Source of the DNA: Paramecium tetraurelia
Taxonomy: Eukaryota
Reading direction: 5' to 3'
Assembly (NCBI GenBank): GCA_000165425.1
Contig: CT868185.1
Coordinates: 434,001 to 498,000, forward strand
DNA length: 64,000 bases
Part shown: positions 55,608-64,000 of the stretch, piece after piece
Numbering within the stretch: the stretch's first letter is position 1
Layout: the number at the start of each line of letters is the position of its first letter
Made by a program: the position numbers and the translations under genes
Notes under the pieces: model-generated
What the model was told of the DNA's origin: nothing
The model's database searches: none
What the model saw: only the letters and a program-made list of their open reading frames with translations

Positions 55608-56271
55608 TATTATTAATTATTAAAACGGATATGTAGTATAAATTGTATTTTGCATTTATAATTCATAATCAAACCCACCTGAAGATCATCCCCAAACATT
55701 GACATCTACTATCCTTCAACTAATACTTTAAACTACCTTCATAATCTATATATTAAGTTGTATTCTGTGTGAAAAAGAAGTGTATTTAATGATTGGAAAT
55801 AAAAAGTCTAGTTCATTTAAAAATGTTCATTGATCCTCAACTTTAAATTATTATAAAAAAGTTAAAGAATTCCAATGCTATATTAATGTCAATCTCAAAA
55901 TATATTTATCTTAAGTGTTGTCATTTCTTTGATTGAATTAAGATTGCAAATAAAGGATTTGTTGTTTTAAATTTAAATTATAATTTGATTAAAATCAATA
56001 TAGTTTCAATTATATTTTATGGATCTGATTGTAAATTAAAATGAAAAAAACCAGGATTATATAAATAGACTAATTTAATAATATTTTGTATTATAATTAT
56101 TGTCATAAATAAGTATTACAAAATTACAAAATTACTAAATAATCATAAAACACTCTATATTAATTAGCAACCTGCTACTTTAGAGCAACAATAAGTAAAT
56201 ATAGCTATTTGTAAAGGTTTATAAAATAATATTGATGATAAATTAACTAATTGATATTTTAAACTTGGTAA

Positions 56272-57107
56272 TCATTCCTATTTTACCTTCTTCTTCTTAG
56301 TTGAATTGTTCTTCTTGACAAATGCTCTCAAGACTCCAACCTTCTCATTTTTATGCTCATTAAAATTAAAGCCGAATTTTCTTCCATATCGTATCTGCAG
56401 TAAATAATCATCTAAACTCTTTTTAGAGATATTAACTTTTTGAGCAGCCTCCTCAAGAGTAAATCGCTTACTCCCACCATCTATTGTAATACCCTTAAAC
56501 ATATTGATCACAATATTACATTATAATATTCCCTCCATTTTTAAACTTTTTCAATAATGTATCCAATTCTCCTCTCCTTTGTTCTTCTACACTGCTTTTG
56601 ATTCTCCTATCCTTAATTTTACTGTTATTATTATTGTTCATTGCCTTCCTACTCTTTCATTTTATTAACTTTCTCATTCATTTCCTCGGACATCACTAAG
56701 TGAATGAGTGAAATCCCAGTCTGAATGCACTTAATGCGTAATTAGTTCGTTTATTTAATTTCATTCAATGACATCACATAAGAATAATGCACAGGGTCCA
56801 ATCCACAATTTATATACATTTCACAATTGAAACTATAATAGGAAATTGTGCGTCCCTCCAATTATATGCCTAATTCCTTAAGTTTGCTTGTCAATTTGAA
56901 GATATTGATTCCATTGGGCTACTAAATTTTACTCAGATCAAACTCTGGGAAGTACTCAATATAATTCAACATTGGATCCCTGCCATCTATTAATTCAACA
57001 TATAGTTTGACCTAAATAACAATAATTATTTCAAATTTTACTGCTATTGATTCCACATCAATTTCACGACTACTAGTTGAATTCTCTTCACTACCATTAT
57101 CTGACAT
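56272..57107 (-). CDS. Ciliate-type putative helix-turn-helix DNA-binding protein
   Basis: C-terminal RRTKERRIGYIIEKVQKWREYYN-(26-nt intron)-GITIDGGSKRFTLEEAAQKVNISKKSLDDYLLQIRYGRKFGFNFNEHKNEKVGVLRAFVKK. TGA at 56272-56274. Confidence 0.75.
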
Positions 57108-57438
57108 CCTTGAATATTTAAATTAATATATTTTATTATTAGAAATTAATGACCCTTTTGTTAATTCATTATGCTTAAGATAGACTTTTATTAATATCTC
57201 TGAAATCTTGGAGAGTCAGTCTCATTGATTCAACTTTTGAGATAGAGTATTTTATCTTAGCTTATAAATACATAATAAAAATAGATAGATTGTTATAAAT
57301 GAATAATAAATGCAATGTATTCTCTTATTGATTTAATCATTCTGTTTCCTTTTAAAAAGGTTTTAATTAAATTTAAAGAGCGAAAATTTGTTAATAGTAT
57401 ATTTTGGATATTTTACATTATATAATAATAATAAATAT

Positions 57439-59716
57439 ATGACATTACAAAAAGTAATGAAAATTAAAATTAAAATGATAAATGATTAGTTTGAAAGTTA
57501 TTCAATAGATAGAATTCAGGTAAGAACACCAAAGAACATTAAGGTATCTCGAGAATATATGGAAAAGGTCATTGAGTCCTTGAAGCAACACCAAAATGCA
57601 ATGTACATTATTTAAGTAAATTTTAGATTGGAACATGTTAATGGAAAAGGAAGGCTGTTTTCATTATTATGTCCAGCCCTTGCATGGTTAAAACATAGAA
57701 AAGACAATTCAACATAATAAGAAAATTTAGAAAGAATTAGAATTGTTTATGCATATCATTCCACATTTGATAAGCAATATTTAGAAGAGCAATTGAAAAA
57801 AATTGATTATAAGCCTAAGATCTCTTAGATTAAACAATAGGATAACATCTAAATTAACGATGAAGATGACCTAATTCTTATAGATTAATAAAGTTTGCAT
57901 AATTCTGATTTAACTGCTTTTCAAAATTCAATACTCATTATTGATGATGCTGATTAGCTGCAGGATATCAGATGTCTTGGAAAGATCGAAAAGAGTACTA
58001 TTTATAAGGCTGTAGATGAATTGAAGGAATTAATCAATGAAGTACAAAAGATGAATATGCAAGATTAAACAAAATTTTATTAAGAATTTGAGCCTCACAC
58101 AATCGAAATAATTAAAAAGAAACTTTTATAATTATACGAAAAATTTGATGAATGCAAGAATTACTTTCGTTTAAAAGGGCATCCGATTATTAAATTTATT
58201 TAAGACTTTGTAAGCATATACGGTAATAAAAACTATGTCCAATATTAAATTAATTGTGTTTAGAAAAATTATCTAACTTGTTCAAAACTTGCGAAATTAT
58301 CAAAATTAAAAGCGTTTGCTGATTGTTTCAAATTCATATAAATAGCTGTTATATGTTATGAAGAGAATTATTATGAATAGCCTAATTACTTATTTAAAGC
58401 AATTACTGATTAAATTAATATGCAAGATAATATAGTTGAAATTTAAGTGAAATAATACCTAACACATCTTGAGAAACGATTTGAAAAATTATAATTTTAG
58501 TCCATTATACTATCATCTAATTGTATTTTACCGACATATTTACCATATTTTCACATTAATCATACATTTGACAACAGAGAATATATTAAAACAGTTTTAG
58601 TTGAAATACAATATTAAAGTCATCTATTTAAAAATCTGTTTATGAAACTTGAAAAATTTGTAAAAAGCATACCAAATGGAATTTTGGTTATTTTTTCTGG
58701 TTTTAATTAGGTCGAGCAATTTAGACAATATTGTTTAGAATAATAACCTAATTTTTTTGGGGTTATTGAACAATATAAAAAGGTGTTTTGGGGACTTGAT
58801 AAAAAAACAAATGAAATAGCAGATTATATTAAAAGTTCAGAAAAAGGAGCCATTTTATTTGACTCGTATGAAAAAATCTTTAATAAAAATTATCATTTTC
58901 CAGGTCACCTTTGTAAAGGTTTAATTGTTGCTCAATGGAAAACTCTCAGTCAGAAAATGCCTGAGTTCTAATTGTTTAATGATGACATATAATACTATCA
59001 AAACAGGTACTTTGATAATATATTAGGAAGATCTTTACTTTATGAAAACGACAAAGGGTATTATATGTATTTATTATAGAGTTTTAATAATATTCTGTTA
59101 CTAAAATTAAATAAAATAATTGAAATGGTGGATAAGAAATTAAAGTACCTTAGAATATGACGAAGATTAAATCGCTGAGTGGTTTAAGAATGGTTAGAAT
59201 TCTTAAAATGATGATACGTTAATAGAATCGTATTATCCATAAAGGGAATAAACTACAACTGAAACTAATATATAATATTAAAGGAGAACAAAATAGTAAG
59301 ATTTGGATAAGGAAGATAAAATTGTATAGATCTCAGAGCATTCATAAAAAATCAAAAGGACAAAAGATGTCAATAAAAATAAAAAAACTTAAAGATAAAA
59401 GTAAGGATACTCAATAAAAAAATAAAGTAAAGCATAAATTGAATCTAATAATCAATAAAAATAATAAGAAATAGAAGTGGAATAGCAGGAAAATTTGATA
59501 TAATGGAAGAAAGATGAGACAGAAGAGAAATAGGAAATTAGTATTGACAAGGAAAAGAGTAAGAATGCTTAAGAGCCGACTGCAAAGAAGAAAAAAGAAG
59601 CATAGCCAAATTTTAAATACTAAGCAACTATGGACTAATTTATAACCAAAGGTCGGAGTGCTTAAAAAACTACTGCGAGAGATAGCTCAGATAATAATAA
59701 CATGGGCTAGATTTGA
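57439..59716 (+). CDS. Degenerate XPD/RTEL1/FANCJ-family helicase-like protein with charged C-terminal tail
   Basis: EYMEKVIESLKQHQNAILEHVNGKGRLFSLLCPALAW (motif I region, 24-nt intron 57603-57626), NSILIIDDADQL (II), SIILSSNCILP (III), IPNGILVIFSGF (IV), EKGAILF..NYHFPGHLCKGLIV (V), NILGRSLLYENDKG (VI). TGA at 59714-59716. Confidence 0.75.
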
Positions 59717-59785
59717 ATATAAATAATTTTTTATTAAACGATGTAGTATTCTAAAATGAATTGATTATATATAAATAAAAATAAA

Positions 59786-62700
59786 ATGTCGGTGAACTAA
59801 ATAATTGAATAGGTGCTTCAAAACATGATCGACATTGATAACCCAGATTTTAGACTGTCTAAGCAGTAGAATATTTTGGAACTGATAGAAAGAGATGAAT
59901 TATTGGTGATGGAACGGTTGTGGCCTTAGAGAAGAGTGAATATGGTTGAGTTTATAAAGATAATGATATCAGTGGTGCATCATAAATAATGTGAGTTATT
60001 GTATTTAGTGATGGGTTTGATTGAGTTGTTTAAGGACATAGTGGCAACTTGTCAATAGAATGAATTGTCATTATCGGATGTAACAAGTTATGTATGTTAA
60101 GTGGAACCAATAACTAACAACATAGTGCCTTAGATGCTGATACCTGAACCAAAGAAGTTTGAATTGAATAAGACCAGGATTAGAGATATAGACGTGGTAA
60201 ATATAGAGATTTAGTTAGAATGCTCCTCGGATCATAGGATAGGCAGATGGTGAGATATGTCACATCGTGAATGGTTCATTGATAAATGATGCAATCAGAC
60301 ACCATAACAACAATGTACACACAGGACAGGTGTGTATGAAATAGATTGTGACACTGGACAGTTTGGACTCCAAACTAAACATCTATAATTTAGATGGCAC
60401 TCTGAAGAATTAAGTGAAAATTAATTAGAGTGAAGACAAGGAGATAATAATCCTGAGTTTTGCTTGGTCGGATAGATAATAGAGAGTAACAACTAGATGA
60501 AATATTATTATAGATTGGATTAACATTGAAGTCTCACTCCTTATGCATGTACGAATGTGACTTTAAGACGTACAGAATATTTCCAACTGTATATGCTTCA
60601 CAAGATTATCAAACCAACATTTGGTATCTTGAGAATCAGAATAAATGGATAACGACAGATGCGACATTTAAATTATATGAGTGGGATTTGCAGACCGAAA
60701 ATGTGGCTAACATCTACTCTACAAATAAGATCACAGGGTGTATCATCGATTGTGTCGAGGTAGTTCATATGAAGATGATTGCCACTGCTTCCTTAGATAA
60801 ACAGGTGGTTGTCTGGGATCTAAATACCAAGGACATCAAGATAGTTGTGTCTTTGAAGGAACATGGAGGAATCCACAGTCTAGTCTATTCCTATTACTAT
60901 CAAATATTTGTGACTTGTGGGTACTCTACTTATATAAATGTTTACGAAATCAATCCGAAATTTCATGATGTAACAATGATAGGCAAATTGAGTGGACATA
61001 CATCTATGTTGACTTCCATTCAAATGATTGGTAAAAGTCCTGTCTTAATTTCTGGGGATGATGGAGGCACTTTGAGATTATGGGACATCAGAACCTTCTC
61101 TTGTCTGCAGTCACTCAATTTTGGTAGAAAAACCTAGATCACCAAAATCTTAGATCTCTCGGATCAATCAATGATCTGTTTCTTGGGTTCCAGAGTCAAT
61201 TTGCTTAAATTGGACATTCGAAAGAAGGATCAATCTGATAATTATGTTATCAAAATTGATTTTGATCCCCAAAGAGATGAGTTGATTGTTGCCTCTAAAA
61301 AGAACATTATCTTTATGGATATTTATACTGGAAGGATGAAAAGAATCCTCAATGGACTGTTAAATGAGTTGGAAGATGAAATTACCCAATTTCGACCGCT
61401 TAATTATTATAATAAATTCATTCTATCAGATTCGAAAGGGAATCTCAAAATCTATTATCATACTGGAGAATACTTTGCTCAACTCAAAGGACACTCAGAT
61501 GTGATACAATTGAAATTAGACATCCTCAACAAACTTATTATTACATCTGGACATGACAGTGTTCAAATTCAAAAAATGAATGCTGAAGTCTTAAGAGAAA
61601 TCACTCCCTTTAAATCATAGCAAATAGAGATCTCGGTTCATCATTCTCTACTATTGGCATCCTACATGAACCATCTCTACATTTTTGACTATGAATTCAT
61701 CAAATGCCTAAGTTTTCTCGAATTCGACGGGGATATCACATCCATCATCTTTATTGCTAATTACCCTCTCTTCGGAGTTTCAACTATAACTGGCAAACTT
61801 TACCTTATGAAATTTGTTGTGAAAGATCACATCGAAGTCAAAACGTCCATCTATCAAATCTACGAAGTGGCCAACTGCTCAAACTATGTTACCGAGGAAG
61901 GAGAACAAGAATTCATCACCAAAATTGTCTTAAGCGTTAAAGAATCAGAATTAGCTATGGCAACGAGTGAAAACAACATCGTCAGATTGTAACTCAATAT
62001 ACAACTTGAACCAACTGAACCTGTCCATGAACGCATAAATTACAATCCCCTTAGAAAAGCCAAAGAGCAGGTCCTAATCAATGATCCCATTCACATCTAA
62101 TGCCCCGAAGGAGTCTAAAAACTGAAACACATTATCACATTTAATGCCTCTAAGAAATAAATCACCAGCTTATCCTATTTACAATTGGACGAGAGATTTC
62201 TGCTTATTACATCAATCGATGGAATCATTAAGATATTTGATCTCAATGGAGAGTTGATGGCAGCATACAATATAAATCACCCATTGCCAATTAAGTGGGA
62301 AGTTAGATATACGAAGCAATCAGAACTCAAAAAAAGAATCATCTATGGATTCAAAGTTATTGATATTCTTAGAAAGTAATCCAAAACAGAAAAAGAAGCT
62401 GAAATATATAGTCTAACAGATTCATTATAGGTTAAGAGGTAGAACTCATTTTCCTTATAAAATCTAAACAAAAAACCATTAATCATGAAGGATGAGTTTA
62501 GTCCAAGGGATTTAAAATTTGAAAAGATTAGACACTTGTATCAGAATGAAGTTCAAGGACCAACACTTAAATAAATGGAAGCACAAAGAAGATTGCAAGA
62601 AGTCTAAAATATGTTCAAGAATGACATCAGAGATCCTAAGTTAGATGAAGTGTTGAAACTAAGGGAAAAAGAAAGATAAAAGAATTTAGATAGAGCTGCC

Positions 62701-63258
62701 AATCTTAATTTCTTGGATCCTGAATTCAGAGACAAAAGCATCTTGAATCAAAAATTGTTAAGCAAAAATGACTATCTAAAAGAATTTAACACCAAACTCG
62801 AAAATAACGATTAATCTTCAATTCTACAAAGGTAATACCAATCTAATCAAAACCAACAATCCCAAGTTAATCTTCAAGTTCAAACCAAAAAGAAGCAGAA
62901 CTCATCATCCGATTTTTATAAATATGCAGCCTAAAGACATTTGCTAAATGAGGCCAGTATCTTGGAATCCTTCACTTCATAGAATACTCAATTAAAACCA
63001 ATCAACAAATAATTGATTAACATCTAATCTACTTAGATTTCATAATTAAAATCCTTTGGATCTCAGGATTTGACTTGGCATGGATAACATAGGAAACAAT
63101 AGAAGGATTTGTCATAGGTCCTAACAAGTCTTAATATCAAACTGAGACAAAGCAAGAATTCCCTTGGAGGAGAGACTATTTTGAGAGACATCACAAAGTC
63201 AGACATCACATTTGAAGATTAATTAGATGAATTCACTAAGAAACACAAACTAAAATGA
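59786..63258 (+). CDS. Large WD40-repeat protein with Gln-rich C-terminus
   Basis: MIATASLDKQVVVWDL, GHTSMLTSIQMIGKSPVLISGDDGGTLRLWDIR and LLITSIDGIIKIFDL. Four track ORFs join through TAA/TAG=Gln. Ends KHKLK-TGA. The 5' exon structure is not fully resolved. Confidence 0.85.
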
Positions 63259-63302
63259 TTGTAAAGTGATAACAATTAGTCTTTTTATTAATATATAAAA
63301 TA

Positions 63303-64000
63303 TCAGTTATAGTTATAATGTAGGCTTGAATGTTTTTTGATAATTGATTTAACTTTATTATCAATTGGGTTTTTTTTATTATTACTTTAACTATTTTATG
63401 TATTAACATTTTATTGTGGTTTGAGCACCGAAATCTTATTGATAGAATGAATGGATGAAGTCTTTGTTTTCATAACTGACTGCCTGTTGTTATTATATTA
63501 GGAGTAATTAATGTTCTTATTCACATTATTACTTTGTAATTAATCTTGTTCTTATGATTATTAATTCTTCAATAGAATTTTTTCACGATGAGTGTCTTCA
63601 TCATCCCAATCATAGATGTATTCAATTCTTAATTCATTTTCCTTCATTATTGACATGAATAAATTTTTAAGATAGTGGTAATCTGGTTTTTCATCAAATT
63701 TGAGATTCTTGGTATATTCAACATAATGCAATAATTATTTGGGATAATTCTTACATAAGGTTTCACTTGATGTGGCTAATTTCTTCTCCATAATTCTGTC
63801 ATATTTGTCTTATTAAGTATTTGCTCTTAAATTTTACCAAGGTAATGTGCCTCTTAAGAAGTACATTATTACGTATCCAAGAGATTCTAGATCGTCTCTC
63901 CTAGATTGCTCAATGCCTAGATGAGTATTTATGGATGCATATCTGGCAGTTCCAGTTAGAGCCTTGTTATCCTTATATGGAATATGCGTGTCTTTGTTGA
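63303..64000 (-). CDS. CK1: Casein kinase 1, 3' part (start beyond window)
   Basis: [53 protein letters not shown]...[16 protein letters not shown] at 63303-63305. Confidence 0.95.

Noticed and set aside
55620..56270. Slightly GC-richer patch at ~55670-55740 as a small gene or ncRNA
   Set aside because: The minus-strand frames tried hit TGA quickly and no RNA motif was recognisable.
1..64000. Prokaryotic interpretation (phage/defence island with stop-codon recoding, CRISPR arrays)
   Set aside because: Tiny GT..AG introns, CK1 and a TMP-like gene indicate a ciliate nucleus. No short regularly spaced repeats were seen.

Overview
AT-rich ciliate macronuclear DNA, most likely Paramecium. TAA/TAG read as Gln and only TGA is a stop, introns are 23-30 nt GT..AG, and a trichocyst matrix protein-like gene is present. 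The supplied ORF track stops at TAA/TAG, so it fragments every real gene. About 51 kb of the window is a minus-strand tandem array of four giant (about 12.4-12.6 kb, 4,100-4,200 aa), apparently intronless NLR-like STAND genes: three close paralogues (A1, A2, A3) and one diverged paralogue (B). Their architecture is a variable 45-55 aa leader, the motif LRGG|GCGQ[S/A]K, a long helical/coiled-coil region, a NACHT NTPase, pentapeptide repeats, about 2,000 aa of WD40, and an LFxQKGA tail. The spacers hold decayed copies of B, of an unidentified segment and of the LRR gene, which shows tandem amplification of a larger block. Main observations: (i) a ubiquitin-C-terminus-like LRGG fused directly to a cryptic N-myristoylation/palmitoylation motif; (ii) a 95-bp TA-bounded, IES-like insert present in two pseudogene relics but absent from intact B; (iii) gene-conversion mosaics and hypervariable WD40 patches. 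The right end carries an LRR gene, the TMP-like gene, a ciliate HTH-like gene, a degenerate RTEL1/FANCJ-type helicase, a WD40 gene and the 3' part of casein kinase 1. All translations and alignments were done by eye, and there are two N-gaps.
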